DNA of 35,210 bases. Origin: Methylacidiphilum caldifontis (GTDB lineage: Bacteria > Verrucomicrobiota > Verrucomicrobiia > Methylacidiphilales > CAMAQI01). Every line of letters starts with the position of its first letter. Within the stretch, counting starts at the first letter, position 1. The notes below the pieces were generated by a model that saw only the letters and a list, made by a program, of their open reading frames with translations, did not search any database and had not been told where the DNA came from. Shown here one piece after another: positions 25,971 to 35,210 of the stretch. The stretch covers positions 1-35,210 of the forward strand of contig CAMAQI010000003.1 in assembly GCA_945860255.1 (NCBI GenBank), written 5' to 3'. Position numbers and translations under genes: made by a program.

Positions 25971-27317
25971 ATGAAACAAGCAAATTTTGGCTCTCTATTG
26001 ACTCGGCGAGATTTTATGGCGCGTTCTGCACTTCTTGGAGCGGGGACACTTCTCACAAGCTCATGGGCTTTTGGAGAAACGCAAACGAAGCCCATCGCTG
26101 CTGCCTCTTCAAATGATATTCAAATTGCGATTGTGGGGGTAGGGGCTCAAGGGCGTATCTTGATGGATGCCTTGCTTCAAATTCCGAATATTCGCGTTCG
26201 GGCCGTCTGTGATATTTGGGATTATGCTCGAAAGTATGCCGTCAATAAACTGAAACAAGCAGGAATGGAGGCAACGGGGTATATTGACATCGAAGAGATG
26301 CTCCAAAAAGAAAAACTGGATGCGGTGGTGATTGCGACTCCTGATTTCTGGCATGCTCCGCATACCAATCTCTGTCTGAAGGCGGGGCTCCATGTTTATT
26401 GCGAAAAGATGATGTCCAACACCGTGGAAGGGGCCCGTTCGATGGTCCGTACCATGCGTGAGACGGGGAAGCTTTTACAGATTGGCCATCAACGTCGCAG
26501 TAACCCTCGTTATATGCATTCCCTTTTTAATTTGATTCAAAAAGGAAATCTTTTGGGGAAGATGACTTGTGCAAGTGCCCAGTGGAACCGTGCCGTAGCA
26601 GAGGATGTCGGCTTTCCGAAGGCTTACGAAATTCCAGCGGCGACATTGAGTCGATTTGGTTTCAAAGATATGCATCAATTTCGTAATTGGCGTTGGTTCC
26701 GTGATTTAAGCGGGGGGCCGATTTCTGATCTTGGGGCGCATCAGATCGATATTTTCAATTGGTATTTTGGGGTTCGTCCAAAAAGTCTTATGGCATCGGG
26801 GGGAACTGATTATTATCAAGGGCGAGAGCATTATGATAATGTGATGGTGGTTTATGAGTATCCACTGGCACATGGAACTGCACGGGCCTTTTATCAGGTA
26901 CAGACGACGACGAGCTCAGGGGGGGGATATTTTGAACTTTTTAATGGGGATCAAGGATCGCTGCAGATCTCTGAAAATCCTCGTTTAACGAAAGTTTATC
27001 GTGAGACAACCGCTCCTTCGTGGGAACCGCTTGTTGAAAAGCATTATCTTGCGAAGTCGGCTTATGTTGCCCCTTCTGCTGAGAAAGTCGATTCCCGGGA
27101 GAGTAAACCGCCAGAAGGGTTTGAGATTCCGGTTGTGTTGAATAAAAAACTTCATCAACCGCATCTTGAAAACTTTTTTGATGTTGTTCGGGGAAAAGGG
27201 CAGTTGACCTGTGCGGCAGATCATGCCTTTGAGAGTGAGGCCTCGATTTTTCCAGTGAATGCGGCGGTTGAGGCGCGAAAAGTGATCGATCTGACCCCAG
27301 AGATGTTTGCCGTTTAA
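25971..27317 (+). CDS. Tat-exported Gfo/Idh/MocA-family oxidoreductase
   Basis: Twin-arginine signal TRRDFM..SALLGAG...WAFG, with GVGAQG, AVCD, IATPDFWH, YCEK, QIGHQRRS and WRW...SGG.ISDLGAHQID. Start 25971 after GGAGG (25958-25962). Confidence 0.92.
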   Translation: MKQANFGSLLTRRDFMARSALLGAGTLLTSSWAFGETQTKPIAAASSNDIQIAIVGVGAQGRILMDALLQIPNIRVRAVCDIWDYARKYAVNKLKQAGMEATGYIDIEEMLQKEKLDAVVIATPDFWHAPHTNLCLKAGLHVYCEKMMSNTVEGARSMVRTMRETGKLLQIGHQRRSNPRYMHSLFNLIQKGNLLGKMTCASAQWNRAVAEDVGFPKAYEIPAATLSRFGFKDMHQFRNWRWFRDLSGGPISDLGAHQIDIFNWYFGVRPKSLMASGGTDYYQGREHYDNVMVVYEYPLAHGTARAFYQVQTTTSSGGGYFELFNGDQGSLQISENPRLTKVYRETTAPSWEPLVEKHYLAKSAYVAPSAEKVDSRESKPPEGFEIPVVLNKKLHQPHLENFFDVVRGKGQLTCAADHAFESEASIFPVNAAVEARKVIDLTPEMFAV

Positions 27318-27338
27318 AATGATCATTTAAAATTATTT

Positions 27339-28373
27339 ATGAGACCCGTTACCTTATTTACCGGACAGTGGGCTGATTTGCCCCTGAAACAGCTCCTTAC
27401 TCATGTCAAAGCCCTTGGTTTTGATGGGGTCGAATTAGCCTGTTGGGGGGATCACTTTGACCCCATTCTCGCTCTTGAGAACAAAGAGTATATTCCTGAA
27501 CTTTGGAATTTACTTCAATCTCATGGCTTAACCTGTGTCTCGATTTCCTCCCATCTGATTGGGCAGGCGATCTGCGATCGGATTGATGAGCGACATCAAT
27601 CAATTCTTCCCTTGGAGATCTGGGGGGATGGGGAGCCTGAAGGGGTTCGACAACGTGCGGCGGAACGGATGAAAGTAACCGCGCGTGCCGCTCGGAAATT
27701 TTTCGATGCGGCGCCAGCCTCCCTCAAGCCAGAGCGGGTGGTAGTGAATGGGTTTACCGGTTCTTCGATCTGGCATTCATTGTACGCATTTCCTCCGCTT
27801 CCTGTTGGGTACTGGGAAAAGGGATATGAGGATTTTGCGAATCGCTTTCTTCCGATTCTCGATGTTTTCGAGGAAAATGATGTTTACTTTGCCCTCGAAG
27901 CCCATCCGACAGAGATTGCGTTCGATCTCGTCTCTGCAGAAAAATCGGTCCATGCGGTCAAGGGACATCGACGGTTTGGATTTAATTTTGATCCCTCTCA
28001 TTTTGGGTATCAAGGGGTGGACTATGTCCAGTTTATCTATCGATTTGCCGAGCGTATTTTCCATGCGCACATGAAAGATGTTTGGTGGAACAGTGGCAAT
28101 GGATCGGTCGGGGTTTTTGGAGGGCATCTTCCCTTTGGAGATCGTCGACGTCATTGGGATTTTCGCTCGTTAGGACGAGGCAATATCGATTTTGAAAAAA
28201 TTATCGTGGCACTCAATGATATTGGGTATCAAGGGCCGCTTTCTGTGGAGTGGGAGGATGGTCGTATGGATCGTTTTCACGGGGCCAAGGAATCGTGCGA
28301 GTTTGTTCGTCGACTTCAGTTTACGCCGAGTGACGCCGCCTTTGACTCCGCTTTTTCGAAGGAGGTCGCATGA
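27339..28373 (+). CDS. Xylose-isomerase-like TIM-barrel protein (sugar phosphate isomerase/epimerase or 3-ketoglycoside lyase family)
   Basis: [52 protein letters not shown] and SVEWED (metal-binding E/D/H/E). Confidence 0.9.
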   Translation: MRPVTLFTGQWADLPLKQLLTHVKALGFDGVELACWGDHFDPILALENKEYIPELWNLLQSHGLTCVSISSHLIGQAICDRIDERHQSILPLEIWGDGEPEGVRQRAAERMKVTARAARKFFDAAPASLKPERVVVNGFTGSSIWHSLYAFPPLPVGYWEKGYEDFANRFLPILDVFEENDVYFALEAHPTEIAFDLVSAEKSVHAVKGHRRFGFNFDPSHFGYQGVDYVQFIYRFAERIFHAHMKDVWWNSGNGSVGVFGGHLPFGDRRRHWDFRSLGRGNIDFEKIIVALNDIGYQGPLSVEWEDGRMDRFHGAKESCEFVRRLQFTPSDAAFDSAFSKEVA

Positions 28374-29527
28374 GTCGAAAGATTCGAATGGGGATGATTG
28401 GCGGGGGGGAGGGATCATTTATTGGAGCCGTGCATCGGATGGCGGCAAATTTGGATGGTCAAATTGAATTGGTTGCGGGCTGTTTTTCGTCGCAGAAAGA
28501 GCGAAACAAGATCTCCGGGAAGCAATTATTCATTGAGCCACGACGGATTTATTCTGACTTTGAATCGATGGCGAAAGGGGAGGCAACATTGCCTGAAGGA
28601 GAACGAATTGACTTTGTCTCAATCGTCACTCCAAATCATTTACATTACACCCCTGCGATGGCTTTTTTGAAAGAAGGATTTCATGTGGTTTGTGATAAGC
28701 CGATGACCTTCACATTAAAAGAGGCCTTAGAATTACGGAAGGCGGCACAGAAATCAAAAAAACTTTTCATGCTCACGCATAATTACAGTGGGTATCCGAT
28801 GATTCAAGAGGCCCGAGAGCAGGTTAAAAAAGGAGCCCTAGGGAAGATCCTAAAAATTGTCGTTGAGTATTCACAGGGGTGGCTGTTAAAGCGGATTGAG
28901 CGTGAAGGACAAAAGCAGGCGGTTTGGCGTACCGATCCTAAAAAAGCCGGAATTTCATGCTGTATTGGAGATATCGGGACACACGGCGAACATCTTGCAC
29001 GATTTGTGACCGGCTTGGAAATCGAGAGTCTTTGTGCCGATTTAACGACCTTTATTAAGGGACGACCTCTTGAAGATGATGGGAATGTACTCCTGCGTTA
29101 CAAGGGAGGAGCAAAGGGGGTCTTGATTTCATCGCAGATTATGGCCGGGGAAGAGAATAACTTAGTACTTCGAGTCTACGGCGAAAAAGCCTCATTAGAA
29201 TGGCATCAAGAACATCCCAATGAGTTGAGTTTGAAATTTTTGGATCAGCCGCGACAAATTCTTCGTCGAGGAAATAGTTACATCGGTGATGTCGCAAAAG
29301 ATTACACGCGGATTCCGTTTGGGCATCCGGAGGCCTTCTTAGAGGCGTTTGCGAATCTATATCAATCGATGGTACGAGCCATACGGCATCGGGAATCGAC
29401 CTCCGACCCCACCCTTCTTCGAGATTTTCCCGGAGTTGAAGATGGAGTAAAGGGGATGGCTTTTGTGGAGACAGTGGTACGGAGTTCAAAAAGTTCTCAA
29501 AAATGGACGAAACTGACAAAGTCTTGA
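28370..29527 (+). CDS. Cytoplasmic Gfo/Idh/MocA-family oxidoreductase
   Basis: [42 protein letters not shown] and [14 protein letters not shown]. No signal peptide; ATGA overlap with the upstream gene. Confidence 0.92.
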   Translation: MSRKIRMGMIGGGEGSFIGAVHRMAANLDGQIELVAGCFSSQKERNKISGKQLFIEPRRIYSDFESMAKGEATLPEGERIDFVSIVTPNHLHYTPAMAFLKEGFHVVCDKPMTFTLKEALELRKAAQKSKKLFMLTHNYSGYPMIQEAREQVKKGALGKILKIVVEYSQGWLLKRIEREGQKQAVWRTDPKKAGISCCIGDIGTHGEHLARFVTGLEIESLCADLTTFIKGRPLEDDGNVLLRYKGGAKGVLISSQIMAGEENNLVLRVYGEKASLEWHQEHPNELSLKFLDQPRQILRRGNSYIGDVAKDYTRIPFGHPEAFLEAFANLYQSMVRAIRHRESTSDPTLLRDFPGVEDGVKGMAFVETVVRSSKSSQKWTKLTKS

Positions 29528-29563
29528 ATCTTTTAAAAATCAAGATAACCTAAGGAAAAGCGA

Positions 29564-30220
29564 ATGAAAAAAATATCAATGCAAGTTAAATTAATCGTTC
29601 CCCTCTTGGCTCTCATTTTTTACCCGCTTCAGGCAGCAGAGGCACCTGTTTCGATCTCATTTCCACCCCCGAAGATTATTGGGACTCCTGTTCCGATTAA
29701 GGTTCCGAATTTGGAAAAACCGGGAAAACAGCCAACGATTATAGCTCCTGCGGGAACCGTTAACCTTGCCGCAAACAAGAAAGTGACTTCGAGTGATGCC
29801 GCCCCGATCATTGGTGATCTTTCCTGTGTTACTGATGGCGATAAACTTTCCGATGATGGTTATTTTGTGGAGCTGGCGGAGGGAAAGCAATGGGTTCAGA
29901 TTGATCTCGGGAAAAGTTCTCCGCTTTATGGAATCGTTCTTTGGCATTATCATGGACAGCAGCGCGTCTATTTTAACGTTGTGGTTCAAGTATCAGACGA
30001 CGAAGATTTTTTGACCAACGTCAAAACGGTTTTTAACAACGATCGCGATAATTCCTTAGGCCTCGGCGCCGGAACGAATCTTTCCTATATCGATACAAAT
30101 GAAGGAAAAGTTATTCCGTTGAATAAAATTTCAGGGCGTTACGTTCGACTTTTTAGCAAAGGCAACACCTCGAATGCGGCCAATCACTATATTGAAGTTG
30201 AGGTATACGGAACTCCATAA
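29564..30220 (+). CDS. Secreted discoidin (F5/8 type C)-like domain protein
   Basis: Signal peptide ending LQA, Pro-rich N-terminus, NLAANKKVTSS, VTDGD, QWVQIDLG, GRYVRLFS and EVEVYG. Confidence 0.85.
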   Translation: MKKISMQVKLIVPLLALIFYPLQAAEAPVSISFPPPKIIGTPVPIKVPNLEKPGKQPTIIAPAGTVNLAANKKVTSSDAAPIIGDLSCVTDGDKLSDDGYFVELAEGKQWVQIDLGKSSPLYGIVLWHYHGQQRVYFNVVVQVSDDEDFLTNVKTVFNNDRDNSLGLGAGTNLSYIDTNEGKVIPLNKISGRYVRLFSKGNTSNAANHYIEVEVYGTP

Positions 30221-30265
30221 TTCAGAGAAGCGATTTAGAAATAGAAGCGCCTATCCGTTAATCTT

Positions 30266-31162
30266 ATGAAGTCACATCGTTTTGAACATCAAGCGATGGC
30301 GACAGTATTTGAGATCTGGATCAATTCAGAAGATCAGGCCTATGCGAAGCAGGCGGCATTGGAGGCCAAGAGGCTTATCGATGAAATTGAGTCGGAGCTG
30401 AGCTTTTATCGCGAGGAAAGTGACATTAGTCGTATTAATGCGTTGCAGCTGGGGGAAACGATTTTCATTGGAGAGCATACAAGACGTTCTCTCCTCCTTT
30501 CTCTTGAGCTTTGTCAAGAAACGCAAGGGGCCTTTGATCCGAATGTCGGGCATTCGATGAAAGTGATTAAAGATGAAAAGGGGAATGCTTCCCATTGGTC
30601 TGAGTGGTTTACTTTAAAAAAGAGATCTGCGGTCGAGTCGAAAGGACTACTAATATTTGATGAATCCAAGCGGAGTGTCGAACTTGGAAGTGAACTTCCT
30701 GTTGCCTTTGATCTTGGGGCGATTGGGAAAGGGTATGCTCTTGATCGACTGGCGTTATTGTTGAAGGAGTGGGAGTTGTCTCGTTTTCTTCTTTCTGGGG
30801 GAGGAAGTAGTCTTCTTGCCGGAGCCTCCCCAGAGGGAGAAGTGGGGTGGCAGGTGGCGCTGGGGAAAAAAGAATATGAAATCTCCGAGAGGTCACTTGG
30901 TGCCTCGGGGATTCAGCTCAAGGGAGCCCATATTATTGATCCCCGGAGTGGATTGCCAACGGCACGATTTAGAGCTTGGGCATTTGCAAAAAGTGCGGCA
31001 CGAAGTGACGCCCTTTCAACCGCAGCGATGCTCTTGCCTCTTAATTGGTTTCAAGATCGAATCGACTCCTCATCTGAGGAGCTCTTTTGTATTCAAGAAA
31101 CAGAGCAAAGCGAACCGCTGTTTTTTGGGGCTTTCCCAAACGAAAAGAGCTTCGTAGAATAG
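30266..31162 (+). CDS. apbE: FAD:protein FMN transferase (ApbE family), no signal peptide
   Basis: AMATVF, LS....SDISRIN, T.GAFDP, DLGAIGKGYALD, HIIDPRSG and SDALSTA. Confidence 0.9.
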   Translation: MKSHRFEHQAMATVFEIWINSEDQAYAKQAALEAKRLIDEIESELSFYREESDISRINALQLGETIFIGEHTRRSLLLSLELCQETQGAFDPNVGHSMKVIKDEKGNASHWSEWFTLKKRSAVESKGLLIFDESKRSVELGSELPVAFDLGAIGKGYALDRLALLLKEWELSRFLLSGGGSSLLAGASPEGEVGWQVALGKKEYEISERSLGASGIQLKGAHIIDPRSGLPTARFRAWAFAKSAARSDALSTAAMLLPLNWFQDRIDSSSEELFCIQETEQSEPLFFGAFPNEKSFVE

Positions 31163-31170
31163 AAATCATT

Positions 31171-31962
31171 ATGGCAAAGATCAACTCCACGATCTCTTCT
31201 TTGGGTCAGATCTCCGATCAGCTTCTTTTTTCACTGGAATTTAAATCCTTTCCGATCTCCTCGGAGCTTGTTTTTCAATTAATGAATCTGCTTAAGGACG
31301 TTCATTTTTTCGTTAAAAATTGTGAAGGAAAGTTTATTGCGGTGAATCGGGCATTTCAGCTCAATGCGGTGGGCTCTGAGGAACGGTCAATGCTCGGAAA
31401 AATCGATGAAGACTTTTTTCCGATTGATCTGGCAAGTAAATTTATGGAGGACGATCAAACGGTTTTAAAAAGCGGAATGCCGTTGCTTCATCGGATCGAA
31501 TTGATTCCCCATACCGATCTTTCGGTTTATTGGTATGAAACAAACAAGTTTCCTGTTTTTGATTCTGAGCGGCGTGTTGTTGGGCTTGTGGGGACGACCC
31601 ATCAGATCTCGGAGAGCCATCAGGGAATTACCTCCTCTTCTGAAATAAATAAGGCACTTTCCTATCTTCGGAATAATTTTTCTCGAAGAATTGAGTTAGA
31701 AGAAGTTGCGGAGTATTCGGGGTTAGAGTCTCGGACATTGAATCGGCGTTTTACTCGACTCTTTCAGTTGACTCCGATTCAATTTCTTCGAAAAATCCGA
31801 TTAAATGCCGTTTGCCAGCTCTTGATTCGAACGGATAAGAGTATTTCAGAAATTACCTATGACACCGGATTTTGTGATCAAAGTCATCTGAATCGCGATT
31901 TTCTCAAAAAAATTAAAATGACCCCATTTCAGTATCGAAAAAAATATAAACATGATTTTTAG
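31171..31962 (+). CDS. PAS-domain AraC-family transcriptional regulator
   Basis: FFVKN.EG.F..VN..F...GK.D..FFP..LA..F..DD..V (PAS_4-like), then a C-terminal AraC HTH (SRTLNRRF, TPIQF...RL, GFCDQSHL.R.F.....TP.QYR). ATG 31171 preferred, 8 nt after the apbE stop. Confidence 0.92.
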   Translation: MAKINSTISSLGQISDQLLFSLEFKSFPISSELVFQLMNLLKDVHFFVKNCEGKFIAVNRAFQLNAVGSEERSMLGKIDEDFFPIDLASKFMEDDQTVLKSGMPLLHRIELIPHTDLSVYWYETNKFPVFDSERRVVGLVGTTHQISESHQGITSSSEINKALSYLRNNFSRRIELEEVAEYSGLESRTLNRRFTRLFQLTPIQFLRKIRLNAVCQLLIRTDKSISEITYDTGFCDQSHLNRDFLKKIKMTPFQYRKKYKHDF

Positions 31963-33409
31963 GATGAAGAAAGGAACCCTATTAGTTTCCTGTTTATTTA
32001 TTGCGCTCCTTGTTTTGATAAGTTTTTCTTTTCGATCAGATCTCTCTTACAAAATCCCCTTTCACACCGATGAATCGACCCAAGCGTGGATTCTCCAGGA
32101 GGGAATGAAATTAGGGTATATCAAATATGATCCGCTGCATCATCATGGTCCAGCACCTCTGTATCTTAGGCAACTTTTTTTGGGTTTTCAGCAAAGTTCC
32201 GATTGGGGGGAATGGACGGAGCCCGGGCTTCGTCGGTCGGGAATCTATTGTTCGATTTTAACGCTTGTCCTTTTTTTTGTGATGCTTGTTCGCTATTCCG
32301 TATATTCTGCCCTTTTGACAGGGCTTCTTTTTGCCTTTCATCCCTATTTGATTTATTATCACACCCAAGCGATTCATGAGCCTATTTTTGTTTTTTTTGG
32401 AATTGCTCTCTTAAGTTCTCTTCATTATGCAAAACTGAAATCGAGTTTTATCCTGCTGCTTGTTGCTGGAATTTTTGCGGGACTTTTTCAATCGAGCAAG
32501 GAGACGTGGGTTCTCCTTCCTGTTTGTGCTTTTTTTGCTTGGGGGGTGAATGGGTCGCTGCGTTCTTTTTTGCCCCTTTTTATCGAGGCCAATCGTGCAA
32601 TTTACTTTTTTTTGGGGGCGATATTGATCTCTGTTCTTCTCTATTCCGGTTTTTTTCAAGATCTTCACGGAATTTTCAATTCTTGGGCCACTTTTTGGAG
32701 TTATCAAACGGAAGAAGGACATACGAAGCCGTTTTTTTGGTATTTCCAGTCACTCTTTGGATTATTCCCCTTAAATCTCCCGTTGCTGCTCTGCTCACTT
32801 GTTTGGGTCATTCCGTGGATTCCATTAAAAAATAAATCGGCGGTTCCTTGCTGGGTTTGCGTGTGGAAGTGGATCGCTCTTTTTCAGCTCATCAGCTATT
32901 CGTTGATTCCGTATAAAACTCCGTGGCTTCTTTTGTTGGCCTGGACCTTGATCATTCCTGCTGCGGGGTGTCAGCTTGACTTGTTTTTACGCTCTTCGTA
33001 TTGGCATAAACGACTCGGTATTTTAATGATCTTGTTGCTTGGAATCGGGTTTTACGTTCTTCAATGGAACCCATTAAGTGCCTCTCTCTATCCCTATTCT
33101 TATTCTGCGACTTCGACAGAGATTCACGGAGTTCTTGAGTTCGTCAGAAAAAAACAAAGATCTGTTCATCGGGAGATTCGAATAGCCGTCGAAGGGGATT
33201 CGTATTGGCCGCTTCCTTGGTATCTCAGGGGATATCCTTCCGTTGGGTATTTTGAACATGAAGCCCCCGAAGGGTTCGATTATATTATGAGCGTAGAACC
33301 GCAATTGACAAAGGAGTCGAGATTAGATCAATGGGAGTTGCGAGAAAATATTGCGGTGACATTGATCGATTGTGCGGTCCCGACGCAAATGATTGATCAG
33401 AAACAATAA
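31952..33409 (+). CDS. GT-C fold integral membrane glycosyltransferase (TIGR03663/PMT-like)
   Basis: PFHTDE, YDP..HHGP, HE, SKET, GHTKP, YKTPW and YWPLPWYLR, with many TMs. Start is 31952 or 31964. Confidence 0.8.
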   Translation: MIFRMKKGTLLVSCLFIALLVLISFSFRSDLSYKIPFHTDESTQAWILQEGMKLGYIKYDPLHHHGPAPLYLRQLFLGFQQSSDWGEWTEPGLRRSGIYCSILTLVLFFVMLVRYSVYSALLTGLLFAFHPYLIYYHTQAIHEPIFVFFGIALLSSLHYAKLKSSFILLLVAGIFAGLFQSSKETWVLLPVCAFFAWGVNGSLRSFLPLFIEANRAIYFFLGAILISVLLYSGFFQDLHGIFNSWATFWSYQTEEGHTKPFFWYFQSLFGLFPLNLPLLLCSLVWVIPWIPLKNKSAVPCWVCVWKWIALFQLISYSLIPYKTPWLLLLAWTLIIPAAGCQLDLFLRSSYWHKRLGILMILLLGIGFYVLQWNPLSASLYPYSYSATSTEIHGVLEFVRKKQRSVHREIRIAVEGDSYWPLPWYLRGYPSVGYFEHEAPEGFDYIMSVEPQLTKESRLDQWELRENIAVTLIDCAVPTQMIDQKQ

Positions 33410-33599
33410 ATTATTTCCGCTTCCAGCGTCGAGTGCTTCTCGTTTTACGAGCCTTTTCCCCGTAGCCCGAGGCACAGCTCCGAAAGCATTCGGTGGTGCC
33501 CCTCCAGTTTTTCATCACCAGTTTGGTTGCAGAGTTTACGAGGCGAAGTAGTTTCTCATTCAAGAAATGGGTTGAATGAAAGGGGGAACAAGGCCTCTG

Positions 33600-35210
33600 T
33601 TAAGGAGCAGGAATGAGCTCGATTGTTTTCTCCATATCCTCTCCGTCACGAAGGATCAGATTTTCTTCGTAAGATAATTTTCCGTCGATAAAAAGTTGAA
33701 TTCGCTGTTCTCCAGAAGAGAGCGTCAGATCGCGCCGACCGTTCTGGAGCGAGTGAGTGATATCGTTTATCCGTAGCCTTAATCCTGTACGTAGTGGCTT
33801 CACCTGAATTCTGAGGATACCTGAGGAGACGCTGAGCTCGGAGATGTTTTCGGTTGATCCCTCTACTTGGATACGTCGAGACTCACGAATATCCCCTCTT
33901 GAATCAGAGAAGATAGCCTCGTGATATCCGATCGGAAGGAAAAATCGATACGGGATGAGGCGTTTACTGGAGTTATTAATCGAGACAAAGAGATCTTCCG
34001 CATTGGCTTCGAAACGAATGGCAACCCAAGGAGAACTTAAGACGACGGTCTCATTCCGCTGAGCGATCATTTGAGGGAAGCTAAACTCCGGTTGGCCTTC
34101 TTGCGTGATCGAGAATCGGTGGATTCCTTTCGACAGATAGAGGCCCTCGAGTTCCGGGGGAATCGGAATACGGTCGACCTTGAGTAGATAGGCTTTTGGG
34201 TCTAACGAGTTTTGGCGTGTGGAATCGAGCACTTGAATGCGAACGAAAGGGTTTGAAAAGAGACTATTTTGAGAGACCGATTGGTACTGTTTTCCATTCC
34301 AAAGAATCCGATGGAGCGCGGCTCGGTTTCCTTGTCGTAATAGGAGAAAGAGGGGTTGGTTTTGGGTTGAGAGTTCGGCATTTCCTTTTCCTTCTTGAAG
34401 GAGATCCCCATTGTCGCGAAAGAGGCTCCAAGTGACGCTTGAGTTCGTGGTATTAATATCGAGTTGACTGCTGATAAGGATTTGACCTGAGGGTCGCAAG
34501 AAATAGATAATCAACAAAAGGAGCGTTGTGGCCACGAGGATGGAGCCCCATTTGACGAGAATCGCTTTGCGGTTTCTTTTAACATAGCCTTCGATGAGAG
34601 TGAGAAGGCGTGAGGCTTCGACTTCGTAGTCACTTCCTGAGAGCTGATCGTTATGAAGAGTTTCTCTAATTTCTTCGCAAAATTCTGAAATGGCACTCCA
34701 ATCCAGTTTTTGAAGATCCATTTCTTGGAGCTTCGTGAGAACCGCCTGGATTTGAACGAGCCGTTGGTTGATTTTGGCAACGAGATCGAGTACTTCTCGC
34801 TGCTCATTGATACGAAAGTGAGGAGGAATAGACTTAATTGCCTCCATTGCCTTCAGGTGATTTCCTGCCACCGCCATCGCTCTGGCTTGTTGGACAGAGA
34901 GTTGGAGGTTGCTGTTTTTTTTGCGAAGCTCTTCGACTGCTTTTTCCGAAGTGAGAAGTTGATGACGTAAGACCGTCGTGCAGGAGTTTGGATCTGTGAG
35001 GAGGGTTGCGGTGAGTCGGATATCAGGCAGGTTGACGCTAGGGCTTTGAAGTTTTCGAATTGCAGAAATCTTTAAAAGAAGGATTATAGAATTTAAATCA
35101 CGAGGCCAGACGAACGGATCGGCTCCGATGGGGGATTGATCGGAGGCAAAGGCAGAGATGGCGGAGTCGAATTTTTTTTGGTATTCTTGAATCTCACGGC
35201 TGAGAAAATC
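33600..35210 (-). CDS. Single-pass membrane protein, helical N-terminal part and C-terminal beta-rich (PEGA-like) repeats; 5' end outside the window
   Basis: Manual translation shows the frame of the 33600-34877 ORF stays open to position 35210 (DFLSREIQEYQKK...QQARAMAVAG). TM WGSILVATTLLLLIIYFL, and repeated L..G.H/Q strands (LSKGIH, LPIGYH, LSSGEQ). Confidence 0.6.
   Translation of the reverse strand, partial: DFLSREIQEYQKKFDSAISAFASDQSPIGADPFVWPRDLNSIILLLKISAIRKLQSPSVNLPDIRLTATLLTDPNSCTTVLRHQLLTSEKAVEELRKKNSNLQLSVQQARAMAVAGNHLKAMEAIKSIPPHFRINEQREVLDLVAKINQRLVQIQAVLTKLQEMDLQKLDWSAISEFCEEIRETLHNDQLSGSDYEVEASRLLTLIEGYVKRNRKAILVKWGSILVATTLLLLIIYFLRPSGQILISSQLDINTTNSSVTWSLFRDNGDLLQEGKGNAELSTQNQPLFLLLRQGNRAALHRILWNGKQYQSVSQNSLFSNPFVRIQVLDSTRQNSLDPKAYLLKVDRIPIPPELEGLYLSKGIHRFSITQEGQPEFSFPQMIAQRNETVVLSSPWVAIRFEANAEDLFVSINNSSKRLIPYRFFLPIGYHEAIFSDSRGDIRESRRIQVEGSTENISELSVSSGILRIQVKPLRTGLRLRINDITHSLQNGRRDLTLSSGEQRIQLFIDGKLSYEENLILRDGEDMEKTIELIPAP

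Noticed and set aside
557-34970. Numerous 60-135 aa antisense or alternate-frame ORFs in the ORF track nested in the long genes
   Set aside because: They are shadows of well-supported genes with no motifs of their own.
1-35210. CRISPR array, tRNA/rRNA genes, IS elements, or a HIP1-like CGATCG over-representation
   Set aside because: No regularly spaced repeats, cloverleafs or transposases were seen. CGATCG/ATCGAT words look common in host genes, but I could not establish enrichment without counting against a Markov background.

Overview
Bacterial chromosomal window, probably PVC group or Verrucomicrobiota (inferred from gene content; no marker gene is present). From left to right: (1) housekeeping genes, namely the end of an ActP-like Na+/solute symporter, glpX and hisI; (2) a small defence hotspot with a FitA/VapC-type toxin-antitoxin pair and a complete, compositionally foreign type I Zorya anti-phage operon (zorABCD, 3141-11396), whose ZorC appears to carry a duplicated C-terminal domain; (3) an alternative complex III operon (actABCDEF plus a small actG-like gene) that ends in an unusual module instead of a catalytic oxidase: a CcoN-fold membrane protein with only 4 His but 15 Cys, a CcoO-like cytochrome with His where the axial Met is expected, and a membrane-anchored cytochrome c; (4) minus-strand L,D-transpeptidase and secreted EEP-family genes; (5) a probable sugar-redox operon (DoxX, Tat-exported Gfo/Idh/MocA, TIM-barrel isomerase/lyase, second Gfo/Idh/MocA, discoidin protein, signal-less ApbE, PAS-AraC); (6) a GT-C glycosyltransferase and a partial membrane protein. 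No rRNA, tRNA, CRISPR array, integrase or transposase was recognised. The best candidates for an undescribed system are the ACIII-linked pseudo-cbb3 module and the DoxX/Tat-Gfo/ApbE operon. All family calls come from motifs recognised by eye, not from database searches.
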